Program-made: the position numbers and the translations under genes | The notes under the pieces: generated by a model | Database searches by the model: none | Seen by the model: only the letters and a program-made list of their open reading frames with translations | Told to the model about the DNA's origin: nothing | In this document: positions 19,401 through 24,950 of the stretch, piece after piece | Layout of the letters: every line of letters begins with the position of its first letter | Numbering within the stretch: the stretch's first letter is position 1 | DNA from: an uncultured virus (IMG/VR IMGVR_UViG_3300027374_000252) | Taxonomy: Duplodnaviria; Heunggongvirae; Uroviricota; Caudoviricetes | Length of the DNA: 64,000 nucleotides | Direction: 5' to 3' (one strand) | Virus record (IMG/VR): IMGVR_UViG_3300027374_000252

Positions 19401-22193
19401 GAATCAATTCTTGGCAGCAATACCCGTATTGAGAATGTTGCCGGGTATGAGAACGCATACCTGTATGAGAACCGGATGAGCAGTGCCAACAATGGAGAAC
19501 AGCATCAGTATTTCAGTCGTTTCATGAAGCCGTTGCTTGATAGCATCCATAAACTTTGCGGAAGCAAGGAGCTTGACCGTCGTATCCTTACGGACTACAT
19601 GATGGCGAAGCATGGTCTGGAACGTAATGAGTATATGCGCAATGAAGCTGCCGCCAACGGAGAAGATACCGAGCGTGATTTCGCCGGACTCTGTGGTCTT
19701 ACCGGAGAGGACGATTGGCAGGTAGCCGAGACCGTTGCCCAGCAGATGGTGGATGATTATGAATCAGACCATGATACTGCCGAGTTGTGGGATAATGTGA
19801 AGAAAGCCACAAATGCCACTCTTGAAAAAATTTATCTCAGCGGTCTAATCAGCGAGGATACCTACAACAAGGTTCTTGGTATGTATGATTTCTATATTCC
19901 TCTTCGCGGATGGGACGAGACTACAAGCGATGAGGTCTATGGCTATCTTACAAGTAAAGATGGTCCACTCATGGGAAGTGTGTTCAAAACAGCAGAGGGA
20001 CGTGAGAGCAAAGCCGATGATCCAATCGCAACCATTGCGATGATGGCAGATGACGCAATCCGTCAAGGTAACCGCAACATCATGAAACAGCGGTTCCTCA
20101 ACTTCGTGCATGGTAATCCGAGTGACCTCGTTAGCGTCAATGAGATGTGGCTACAGCACAATGATGTCACAAACGAATGGGAGCCTGTATTTGCAGACCT
20201 GCAACCGGACATGACCCACGCTGAGGTTGAGAGCGAGATAGCCAAGTTTGAGGCAAAGATGGAAGCACTGAGGACAGCAGAACCTGACAAGTATAAAAAG
20301 GGAGGTGACGCAAGAAACATCCCTTACAAGGTCGTGCGTGGCAACCTCAACGAACATCAAGTATTGGTAAAGCGTAACGGGCGTACTTATGTCATAACCA
20401 TAAACGGCAATCCAAGGGCGGCGCAGGCATTGAACGGACTTACCAACCCCAACGTGGAGATGGGCGGTGTCATAGGAAATATTCTTAAACTCGGAGAATA
20501 TGTTAACCGTCATTTGAGTGCTTTCTATACTACCCGTAACCCGGATTTCGTTGTCAGCAACTTCATGCGAGATATGCTTTACTCCAACTGCATGACATGG
20601 GTCAAGGAGAATCCTCGATATGCCCTTCGCTTCCATAAAAACTTTGGCAAGGTCAATCCTCTTACACTCCGTAGGCTACTGTCAAAATGGGAGAATGATA
20701 ATCTCAGCGACAGTAATTACCTTGAAAAGATGTTCAAGGAATTTATGTTGAATGGAGGAGAAACAGGCTATACCTCAGTCAAAGACATCGAGGGACACAA
20801 GCGAACCATTGCTTCTGAACTGAAGAAACAAGGTAGCACCGGACGCAAGGCATGGAACGCATTAGGTATGCAACTTGATTTGCTGAATCGAAGTGCCGAA
20901 AACTGCGCACGTTTCGCAGCTTTCCTTACCTCTCGTGAGATGGGTCGAACACTTGACCGAAGCATCTATGACGCAAAAGAAGTGAGTGTGAATTTCAACA
21001 AGAAAGGTAGCGGTGGCAAATTTGTAAATGCAACCGGACAGAAATTCTTAGGCAAATTAGGCTCGTATCTCGGAGGCGGCGGACGAATAGCCTTCGTCTT
21101 TTGGAAGGCAGGTATTCAAGGCATGACCAATTTCGGACGTGCAGGGAAGCGCAATCCGGGCAAAGCCATTGGGGGTACCACTGCATTATTCACACTCGGC
21201 TATGTCATTCCCCTTCTTGCTCAAATGCTTGGCGGTGGTGACGGTGACGATGATGATAAGAACGCATATTACAATCTTCCGGAATATGTGCGCCGCAGTA
21301 ACATATGCTTCAAAGCAGGGGAACAATGGATAACTATTCCTCTTCCTATCGAATATCGTGCCATATATGGTATGGGAGAACTTGCCTGTGGAGTAATCAG
21401 TGGGAACGAGCGATACAGTAATTCGGAACTGACTCGTCAGATGGCATCACAAATCAGCCAAGTAATGCCTCTTGATATGCTTGAGGGTGGAGGCGGCATA
21501 TCTCCGTTCATACCAAGTGCATTCAAGCCTATGACCGAAGCCTATATCTTGAACAAAGGCTGGACAGGACTTCCGGTGTATAAGGATACCCCTTATAACA
21601 AGAATGATCCAGAATGGACGAAAGCATATCAGAGCGCAGACCAACATCTTGTGGCTTTCACACGATGGCTCAATGAAACAAGTGGAGGCAATGACTATAA
21701 AAAAGGGACGATAGACATCAATCCGGCTAAACTTGAATATCTTCTTTCGGGAACATTCGGCGGTGCTGTCAGCACAACCGGGAAACTAAAGAAGATGGGC
21801 GAAACAGCTTTAGGTACGCGAGAGTTTGAATGGCGCAATATGCTTCTCGCCAACCGTGTTATAAAATCCGGAGACGAACGCACGGCAAACCGTAAACTCC
21901 AAAACGAGTATTACAAATACTTGACAGAGTATGAGGAGACCAACCGTCTGCGCAAGAAATACGAAAATGCAGCAGACGATGGAATACTTGGTTACGCTGA
22001 AAGAGTAGATTTTCTTTACAACTCTCCCGAATATCTACGCTTTGAAATATTTGAAAAGTATAAGCCGGATATAGATGCAATTCGAGAGGAAATAAAGGAG
22101 GAAACCAATCCCGAAGCAAAAAAAGAGTTGCAGGAAGAACTCTTTTCAACCATGCGTGAACTTGTAGATGAACTTCACGATGTCGGTAAGTAA
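4449..22193 (+). CDS. Giant polyvalent (DarB-like) virion protein, 5914 aa: zincin peptidases, iPPase-like, FtsK-gamma-like wHTH, N6-adenine MTase, strawberry-notch/SNF2 helicase, BECR-type nuclease-like, LPD38-like C-terminus
   Basis: HENVH 9876-9890; IENPKGSKRSG..YGYI..DGDHID ~10910-11030; LEPSAGNG ~13011 and NPPF ~13188; GDMTGVGKGRQ ~14250, DESH ~14757, SATF; HEAVAH ~18192; YYNLPEYVRR..IPLP ~21270-21350. Confidence 0.9.
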   Translation: MPIYRVNGKKYDIPKDKVSKFESVYPDATVDIYDNASGKGYEIPVSKVGRFKNRFPKWSYEKGAVASYTDVTDVSEAGEVGSSVEQQEAWKPTPMQKAFMMGSVQSSLNSFKAHTDASMERLKNTSEYYNRGGAFSGNKPVKGDMRYNEDAGKIEQTYLTPTGTATADKFAAERETRAYNDYVDNMTVSGQLRRAGRDLSDLLRKREERVKAIHDKCAEDQKNNKAPLAAVLGAQTYVPSIQSDPEYRALTAAIHQAEKRVQTLQHESDRQDGKDVGFWRGFGEVVGDIKTWDFGYSGLMDAMTMLDATSKPSPNRPAKTDAQKEAEQIMLEQTYEAQQAQSAYGQNDSFWNRAGVMTGEMLPFMLDFAIMGGAKGGTSMVTRNLDAVLLRSLHKAAPKIARNKAVQWTTKALGAMPEDLLYRAPLMTNTVQGMKTASDIIDRKLGDVVIRDDGTYDFSNDKTWGSAVWQGEANAIIENYSEMFGTHLEGVLSLKTVGKLADTFGAKRLSGILTKASNSELAGIAGTMQKHLNQLGVSDYFGEVGEEYYGQLWRTMLNLDDAYKQNPDGSRTNLFLDGQFHGDIWGGMALSMGLMGAGKYSISAAAYGSMKHRVNKTDTRASEIFTPEIWNGWRERIDGTTNDKIGEMAEAIVADPTLTDEQRTAAMNYMEASLNLRGFNLASVARQRGGEMSEDEAAANESYMDGYTASTPQEMNDAKKMLDLQRGRLASALSEDLVQDFDNDPIGALSVTHDPELRHIASDYVNAKAVYDGMIQRVRDDVDGRIAQSNAMIDSRINRETGMIQPATMKADDRRVYIVNGTVAMFEDGTGVDTNNSSESIIIRDAETGKVEFADPTQFHSVDEAVDAETEKEAARKQIIDEIAVAAANNIDGVLSFTPGESYSVLDIDGNPEDIAILGQPTDENGIPLDGYVDIQYPDGTIQSVATSDLQQWVDAANTRRVEQFDNERQAQRAAEDEAVRQADQSGLSNPNRRTDLMPDDYKTPYDNRPVRATRYIESENGTGGTLYQDENGNDAVVIAAIDDNNYVGYFREYDEQGNPTNRWSAKFQNGSGIRENHRDMMLTAQELLPAGHELTEHTSVSTDGLRNLANQLKHGYELQYDEQGNIVTTEVAVNMMARDNTLGLSDYEPGSIDPARVSSEEYREAASRLIPYMEALGLSKFNIHWEDGTMYVDHPILKRADTPQQEVQPVVTENAETVPNSDENTEIPTENRDLASETVPKTENSVENVQQTADDGFIPIDPALINSRTDENGNIIWDEPQQEQSRSEEHKQSALSRVPLNEKGKPDFGAVDADTAWDAIVEKTSNEAMAQSFAENMVAASEAELKKAEKVKTQPTTDLDEFIAADSERIANIDRARTALDHWKKVAGTKQRRQAEADAVRSAEMRKRAEEARIKAEQEREEREEAERWEAEKRGLDKRLRDTAESVRHVPEAVEVLKDMNPQSIDEVASWLLSRHKVIWSDTKRGGVRIKYGVASHTGFGEGERRKLFGLFASAEKGGISLDRLSEDLFKEACDVFGVAYDNKSARDALIERIGEARTMGDILNYIANNRIARATRVAAEFDAYEAEQREEHYQEAYHMGYDEYEAYEGQMLVEMENAFRNFDEQEFYGNIADELVNQQRYGLRSNEEAVGEREVAADDGGVEVLSGTKSGEAGGAPSNVVGQEVSGGAGYALRDTSGGLPEGASRGLDGPGGGVVDAGVRISADDLAKLGERDRRDVEDYLSRRWSCDVGVIGDVRDIESLPENSRADIVDAYEDGETWAIYSRGDKKIYIFAGKNGDESLSGVLLHENVHAVVDMLGDDCREFLEAYAGQISALPYTNGVFGGMYADIQDLYAEDKAEEEFLAYSLQYVELYNKVLTKIKKSLDEPTLRYLEDKILSKLYEPAGRTDKGEAVHDNSRVQWSRVQEDNGSREREPHEISGGASGERRESGWESEAGGQPVGERYESTEEYPGRVAESEAVQEYTRAQWPRVQETVVDTKGGLQGGERRERRELGEGGERGDEGIAEEAEIASEEDALNSRIEVKDDDWTEEGGYTPTLKRTVVIDGIHNVTQVDAPNDKGDYTGSIFEYDGKAFGDLREVISYIDSSRPATIGEQVAEAEAEVNTTPTDGQKKAGNYKKGHVQVGTFDVTIENPKGSKRSGTDPDGKKWETTMTHTYGYILGTKGVDGDHIDVYISSDIDGWNGRKVFVVDQYNPDGSFDEHKVMLGFNDKVDAIQAYLSNYEDGWEKGRRLVFSTVSIEDFEKWIESSHRKQKPFKEYKSVHIEESHEGGKDELHDEVRQWLGKKGLEPDEASRSAVMRYFRIGYNRAGKILNAIAEENAANQHEEATPAQEQTTSTSTEGYTIVSKPYTNKQGKTLDTHLVTFDRDFSKEEQKRIRAMAKEKKGWPDRETGGYMLRSREDAEEFAASVMNINATSTADAPVSLSDIESAIKPAETEISSSPADKPADAEAKPEKKPSKWVDEEDAEEFERLRNILRNGLGQLNMGFPPELLYAGGKMSYLMMKHGVRKFAEYATAMIEELGDAIRPHLKSLYNFTRSTEEVMESEWADELTPFDEVMKFDTANFGKPNVDAMATAENVVAEEASQQHLEDAVNTIKDSIRQNPDGSTSQTINEGGTEIEVTEGDFIPGVYPPIDDKPTKPGKKKPSKSKPAEQKPTTGQLDLFEEEEEQIINDIIDDTTPPEPKPEAELSGDSADYQERTRQERDLVDDIVIEIMKRTDMRERGDEKVTLTMRDIRGMLENYSLLADISATDLQELVERAMTILTRTAAKTCQLDPRKGYDRVVAYYNMQPSLNARDSERLIKQQYSTPTPFGYVMGQFVNAKNDAKSILEPSAGNGALTIMFNPATVHVNDIDERRLENLRTLGYGTVTAQNGLLPFEGEKVDGVLTNPPFGSVTEKVYDGVFKISSLEGQMAINALDSMKDGGRAAIIIGGNTSYRTNGSMNPKDAAFFGYLYSHYNVSDVINISGKALYARNGTGYDVRMILINGRKTGEFSRVYPPVKSKARAEQVTTFDELYKRVQDDIQQVFQMGNKPADVQPEAESTADGGTSTPVRSGGNNPNKGARERPDTTGYGSGSASGSNIEQPSSGNGGSRPVGVDNGDAGNAGGTDNVQRPQSSASGSNGSGSPQNDGGRSGGNGRDAASSRPNSNGERLAVKPDLTTEKVPYPNQSDNGFTLLSVVPAAQAEVLQRSLAEIGDVDQFLVDELGYSSKEELYSYLAAEQIDSVALAIHQMNKGNAFIIGDMTGVGKGRQGAALIRYGVRQGRCPIYFTQKPTLFTDNYRDLADIGSSELRPFIIATDDKEHTPYIRDFNGNVIHKLPTKLERAMVFKYIMKNGRLPKGYDYVITTYSQIQNGNLDYEPKEDGWVTVPKKYGKGKSETANDRKGQERRNVLARLAMGTAPGQGNIVILDESHTVGGDSGSGRYMQMLTSNAYGVTFMSATFAKRAGNMPIYAQRTAISEAGVNANELIEAIAKGGVTLQEIMSKQLVESGQMIRRERSFEGVTIDWLSVEEETDRKQREQFNEVANIFNSIRNFQNDFIKPIIDGMNEDAAETGGTVGQTQGTKDMGVRNTPFASKMYNLVNQLLFALKVDAVADRVIENLSNGFKPVISFTNTMEGFLASAPKGVAMDEVPNFSLTLMRALDGVMRFTENDADQNSEGGQITVGQLSPEGQAAYNAIKGKIMNLSADLPISPMDAIRMKIEEAGYTVAEITGRTTQLNRTEDGRYIVEGRKDRDKKAAMRDFNAGKLDVLMINKSGSTGISLHASSKFEDQRQRVMVFAQFQSDINDEVQMRGRIDRSGQVVRGRYEYIMSTIPAEQRIQMMFKAKLKSLDANTTSSQKSKFNEMEIVDYLNKYGDEVVWEYMKEHPELSDRLGDPLKMLQDKDEDGAARTSEKEDSSQKSDCAGEISRYLAFLSVEEQDEIFKEITEAYKVKIQLLDDAGENDLEITTMPLRAETKSKQIWHNGENPGSGNAFADNTYVEEVEVDVLKKPMKRTEIEDMTRKLMGDKITTAAEYDQTRYGMKDGELNWGRYADKKIEEVNNFFSAKADDAVAKMKETGESRVSKAREKSVKDAIKARAKGENTFSDQEIEALADVVAKEAQDKEEMKQYRRREEINNVRDQITHLLGRLRAGHIYVVPQDLKQATADMFTQTFGTFVGFKFNKSYTLGSSTAIFATLDGRRKVELALNDKAIETIIRCTDTALRYSPKEINAISMDNWDSKVPTKTRQTRHIITGNLLQALVDTEKGEKTKGNLISFSTNDGNTRQGILMSENFKPTDLRSSVPLRSRLKQIQDGITVVSENGDVQIERVDFDWKHRGEYELKVPKSKQRGGIYSMHTDLLKLIDGHNFNSKGNYMIGYILPENLAKVVDMLSRAPFNLTVLEESKLTETTDSSQRNVEDDSDLRFRIREEEPPKQTGIGYEPQKRQTGAITDEQINELNSQFAQRERDGYGAYSDAEVSMENDPWSKAWGESIRTKRQQKQFAERERKRMRDRAKSLSSVLGIDIEVIEDASSLKGKKQRAKGWYDTKTGKITVVVGNHNSAADMEATILHEAVAHHGLRQLLGEHFDEFLDKVYEAADNGIKEQIDLLASRNGWNRRVATEEYLAGLAEETEFDRAEERVSGWFDKIKRFFIDMLFKAGFKHIKPGSIGDNELRYILWRSYQNLANPGRYRAFEWEAEDVAMQYKLQVGEYGHREDATERKVAEAGELYELNERFNRELEMQIDGTLPAGHVYNMGMPSKELLSTGIARLPIRLSASVLNVKSNLERHAYDLSSVRNLVNAIQKPWAIFSYGDKGKAQNLIIGIEDGGRQFLVGISINPTVKGVTLEINSIRNVFPKNNHEWINWINEGKLLRVDGKKEIQAIIAKLRMNPVAFDYVDLDNATKIVENFENPTIGEQNNNNGGEDTVLFRDGDFTPRDRKLAADVYEKMLSRGSWQFREATQDSMLGLKTLYESILGSNTRIENVAGYENAYLYENRMSSANNGEQHQYFSRFMKPLLDSIHKLCGSKELDRRILTDYMMAKHGLERNEYMRNEAAANGEDTERDFAGLCGLTGEDDWQVAETVAQQMVDDYESDHDTAELWDNVKKATNATLEKIYLSGLISEDTYNKVLGMYDFYIPLRGWDETTSDEVYGYLTSKDGPLMGSVFKTAEGRESKADDPIATIAMMADDAIRQGNRNIMKQRFLNFVHGNPSDLVSVNEMWLQHNDVTNEWEPVFADLQPDMTHAEVESEIAKFEAKMEALRTAEPDKYKKGGDARNIPYKVVRGNLNEHQVLVKRNGRTYVITINGNPRAAQALNGLTNPNVEMGGVIGNILKLGEYVNRHLSAFYTTRNPDFVVSNFMRDMLYSNCMTWVKENPRYALRFHKNFGKVNPLTLRRLLSKWENDNLSDSNYLEKMFKEFMLNGGETGYTSVKDIEGHKRTIASELKKQGSTGRKAWNALGMQLDLLNRSAENCARFAAFLTSREMGRTLDRSIYDAKEVSVNFNKKGSGGKFVNATGQKFLGKLGSYLGGGGRIAFVFWKAGIQGMTNFGRAGKRNPGKAIGGTTALFTLGYVIPLLAQMLGGGDGDDDDKNAYYNLPEYVRRSNICFKAGEQWITIPLPIEYRAIYGMGELACGVISGNERYSNSELTRQMASQISQVMPLDMLEGGGGISPFIPSAFKPMTEAYILNKGWTGLPVYKDTPYNKNDPEWTKAYQSADQHLVAFTRWLNETSGGNDYKKGTIDINPAKLEYLLSGTFGGAVSTTGKLKKMGETALGTREFEWRNMLLANRVIKSGDERTANRKLQNEYYKYLTEYEETNRLRKKYENAADDGILGYAERVDFLYNSPEYLRFEIFEKYKPDIDAIREEIKEETNPEAKKELQEELFSTMRELVDELHDVGK
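9376..9579 (+). CDS. Candidate nested (+1 frame) 67-aa helical protein inside the giant gene
   Basis: MDLEAMKRLSAKEKSQLMTEALKFCLERNLV...; A/T-rich leader; main frame here is a low-complexity G/E/S linker. Confidence 0.55.
   Translation: MDLEAMKRLSAKEKSQLMTEALKFCLERNLVKPEERRAMLSDKRYQAELAMRCVIRREAYLKAHPEG
10159..10338 (+). CDS. Candidate nested (+1 frame) 59-aa protein, paralogue A (absent from ORF track)
   Basis: MSQQEEPIKVKQYTTIHAFNGRAYKKIMDRVKENHMRYQEEHPESAESPDGNQKPEDNQ*; leader TTTTAAGTAAATTAT-ATG. Confidence 0.65.
   Translation: MSQQEEPIKVKQYTTIHAFNGRAYKKIMDRVKENHMRYQEEHPESAESPDGNQKPEDNQ
10348..10530 (+). CDS. Candidate nested (+1 frame) 60-aa protein, paralogue B
   Basis: MSQQKNTPEELPKVKQYKNIHALNGRAYKKL...; starts 9 nt after the stop of paralogue A; synonymous differences in this frame. 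Confidence 0.65.
   Translation: MSQQKNTPEELPKVKQYKNIHALNGRAYKKLSSILREAFREESAESAENSEKEESAEMKE
13564..13992 (+). CDS. Candidate nested (+1 frame) acidic protein between MTase and helicase domains (alternative start 13588)
   Basis: Open frame spans the N/G/S-rich linker of the main frame; amphipathic acidic helices (MEEADLLEWIMETQEMQEALTMFRDL). Confidence 0.6.
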   Translation: MNFTNEYKMIYSKFSKWGISLPMCSPKQSQPLTEERVRLFVAEAITRTKEQGNDPTQQAMEAEVHPGPISSNLHPEMEEADLLEWIMETQEMQEALTMFRDLNPQRPEAMEVEAHKMTEEEVEATDVTQLLLDLTATESDWQ

Positions 22194-22234
22194 ATAGATA
22201 ACAGTAGAGTGACGCATGGATGAATTATCTTTGC
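22190..22234 (+). promoter_or_regulatory. Late-type promoter upstream of portal
   Basis: TAAATAGATA (ends 22200)-N25-TATCTTTGC (22226). Confidence 0.65.
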
Positions 22235-22332
22235 AATCAGACGCAACCAGAGGCGCACCGGACCGAAAGCCCGACAAGCGCCCTGCGCTGATTGCGAGCT
22301 GAAGGTTGCGTCACTCATAAATCTTTATAGCA

Positions 22333-24315
22333 ATGGCAGGAAACAAAAAAGATAAAATATTGCGCATGAGTCGTGTTCGTCCTAAAAACGATGAACAATA
22401 TGACAGCATAGCCTACTCCAAGTTCCACAACGGAAGCCGCAGAGCCTTTGATGTTCTGATGGAGGCACAGGGCTATTGGAGCAATATGGACCGTTTTCGC
22501 CGGGAACGGGAGCGTAATAAGAATTATACTTTCGGCAAGCAGTGGAGTGATATAGTGTGTGTCGACGGCAAGCAGATGACAGAGGAGGATTATATCAAGG
22601 AGCAGGGTAATATACCGCTTGTGAATAATCATATACATCGATTGGTGAAACAGGTGCTTGGTGTATATCGCAGTCAATCCAAAGAGCCGACTTGTGTTGC
22701 CAGAGACCGGGAGGAGCAGAAACTTGGTGAAACCATGAGCACTGTGCTTCAATACAATATGCAGCTGAATCAGAATTCAGAGATGAATGCCAGGACTATG
22801 GAGGAGTATCTTATCAGCGGTTTTGCCGTGCAACGTAAATGGTATGGCTGGCAGAATAATATGCTTGACTGTTGGACGGATTATGTGAATCCGAAGAATT
22901 TTTTTATTGACAGTAATATGCGTGATTTCCGGGGTTGGGATGTCAGTATGGTTGGCGAAGTACATGATGTCAGCTTTGAAGCATTATGTGCTTGTTTTGC
23001 AGAGTCACCGGAAGATGTCAAGAACTTCCGCAATATATATAGTTTCGCTCATAATCGTGGAATACTGCGCACATTTGGAGAGCAATTCGGATACAGCCGA
23101 CTTGAAAATATAGACTTCCTTTTCACAAGCAATCCTACCCGATGCCGTGTAATTGAAGTATGGCGCAAGGAAACAAAGCCGAGATACCGCTGCCATGACT
23201 ATAATAATGGCGATGTATATAAGATAGAAATCGAGGACTATTATGAGATGGTAGAGGAAGTGAACAATGACCGAATACAGAGAGGATTGGCACAAGGCAT
23301 GGCGGAAGAGGAAGTTCCACTCATTCAAGCGACATGGTTCATGGATAATTATTGGTACTTTTATTATCTTTCTCCATTCGGAGACATACTCCGTGAGGGT
23401 GAGACTCCCTATGAGCATAAGAGCCACCCATACGTTTTCAAGGCTTACCCATTCATTGACGGAGAAATCCATTCCTTCGTTGCAGACGTTATCGACCAAC
23501 AGCGATATACCAATCGTCTCATCACGATGTATGATTGGATAATGAAGTCAAGCGCAAAAGGCGTTCTTATGTTCCCCGAAGGCAGTGAACCGGACGGTAT
23601 GAGCATGGAAGATATAGCCGATGAATGGAGCCGCTCCAACGGTGTAATCTTCTTCAAGCCTAAGCCGGGAGTCCCGATACCTCAACAACTCGCCAACAAT
23701 TGCACCAATATCGGCATTGTCGAACTTCTTAATCTTCAATTGAAATTTTTTGAAGAAATATCCGGTGTGAATGGAGCATTGCAGGGGAAGCCGGGTTATG
23801 CCGGTACGAGTGCAGCCAAATATAATCAGGAGACTCAGAATGCGACATTGGCACTTCTGGATATACTTGATTCATATTCGTCGTTTGTGAGGGACGGGGC
23901 GTATAAGGATGTGAAGAATATCCAGCAGTTTTATGACACGAAGCGGGTATTCAATATTGCAGGTAAGACGGGTGTCCAGATTGTTTATGACCCGAAGAAG
24001 ATACGAGATGTGATGTTTGACTTGAGTATCATTGAGAGTACGGCAACTCCGGCCTATCGTCAGATGGCGAATGATATTCTCATGCAGTTGTGGCAAGCAC
24101 ATGCAATCTCAACCGAACAGCTTCTTCAGCATGGCGATTTTCCGTTTGGAGACGATTTGTTGCAGTCTCTGCAAAGTCAGAAGGAACAATTGGAACAGGG
24201 GCAGGCGCCAGGGAATCTGCCGCAGGAGCTATTACAGCAGGTTCAGCAAGGTGCAAACATGGGCGCAGTCAACATGGCATACAACGCAATGACCGGACAC
24301 AGGAACGCGGCATAA
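22333..24315 (+). CDS. Portal protein (P22-like)
   Basis: 660 aa; GKQW..PLVNNHI..VLG; IDQQRYTNR; EEISGVNGALQG..TSA; Gln-rich tail. Confidence 0.88.
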   Translation: MAGNKKDKILRMSRVRPKNDEQYDSIAYSKFHNGSRRAFDVLMEAQGYWSNMDRFRRERERNKNYTFGKQWSDIVCVDGKQMTEEDYIKEQGNIPLVNNHIHRLVKQVLGVYRSQSKEPTCVARDREEQKLGETMSTVLQYNMQLNQNSEMNARTMEEYLISGFAVQRKWYGWQNNMLDCWTDYVNPKNFFIDSNMRDFRGWDVSMVGEVHDVSFEALCACFAESPEDVKNFRNIYSFAHNRGILRTFGEQFGYSRLENIDFLFTSNPTRCRVIEVWRKETKPRYRCHDYNNGDVYKIEIEDYYEMVEEVNNDRIQRGLAQGMAEEEVPLIQATWFMDNYWYFYYLSPFGDILREGETPYEHKSHPYVFKAYPFIDGEIHSFVADVIDQQRYTNRLITMYDWIMKSSAKGVLMFPEGSEPDGMSMEDIADEWSRSNGVIFFKPKPGVPIPQQLANNCTNIGIVELLNLQLKFFEEISGVNGALQGKPGYAGTSAAKYNQETQNATLALLDILDSYSSFVRDGAYKDVKNIQQFYDTKRVFNIAGKTGVQIVYDPKKIRDVMFDLSIIESTATPAYRQMANDILMQLWQAHAISTEQLLQHGDFPFGDDLLQSLQSQKEQLEQGQAPGNLPQELLQQVQQGANMGAVNMAYNAMTGHRNAA

Positions 24316-24354
24316 AGAAATGGCGAATGACATTTAGAATCATTCGCCATTTCT
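24316..24354. terminator. Hairpin terminator between convergent genes
   Basis: AGAAATGGCGAATGA / TCATTCGCCATTTCT 15-bp stem. Confidence 0.75.
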
Positions 24355-24497
24355 CATCTCATTTCATCGGAGAAAATGCCGACTTAGGCACTCCTGTAAT
24401 CTGCGCACATTCCTTTTTAAGTTGTTTTTGCAAAGCACGGATATTGTCAATAGCTATAGAGTCATTTGTAAGTGTGGCAATTCCCGAAAGGTCTTGT

Positions 24498-24929
24498 TTA
24501 CTTTTTACATTGTATCTGCCCATTTCTCTTTTCTTCTTTTTTACGTTTTTTAGCAGCATATTTACGTTCCTTTGCCGCCTTGGTTTCTGCGGCATACCAA
24601 GAGAAATATTGACGCACCTTTTTACGGCGGTCTTTCTCACTAAGCCACCCGGAGCCGTCACGATGCGGAGTGAAATAGAACGACTCCAGCATCATGTCAT
24701 GAACGAGAGCCTTGTCTGTTATATAACCTTTCCGCTTTAGGATACGGAAGTTAGTGCGGTCCATTACGAGCAATTTACGGTCACCTCCGAAAGATGGCAT
24801 TACGTAGTGGCGTTTTCCTGTCCGGCGATATGCCTCGTCGGCTTTGCTGACAGCCTCACGGAGACGGAGGTAGGCGAAGAATTCTCTGCCATGCAGAGTG
24901 ACTTTGTCAATTAGTTGAAAGATGTTCAT
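24498..24929 (-). CDS. Hypothetical basic phage protein
   Basis: 143-aa ORF directly downstream of terL. Confidence 0.7.
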   Translation of the reverse strand: MNIFQLIDKVTLHGREFFAYLRLREAVSKADEAYRRTGKRHYVMPSFGGDRKLLVMDRTNFRILKRKGYITDKALVHDMMLESFYFTPHRDGSGWLSEKDRRKKVRQYFSWYAAETKAAKERKYAAKKRKKEEKRNGQIQCKK

Positions 24930-24950
24930 AGTGTCTAACTATATATATTG

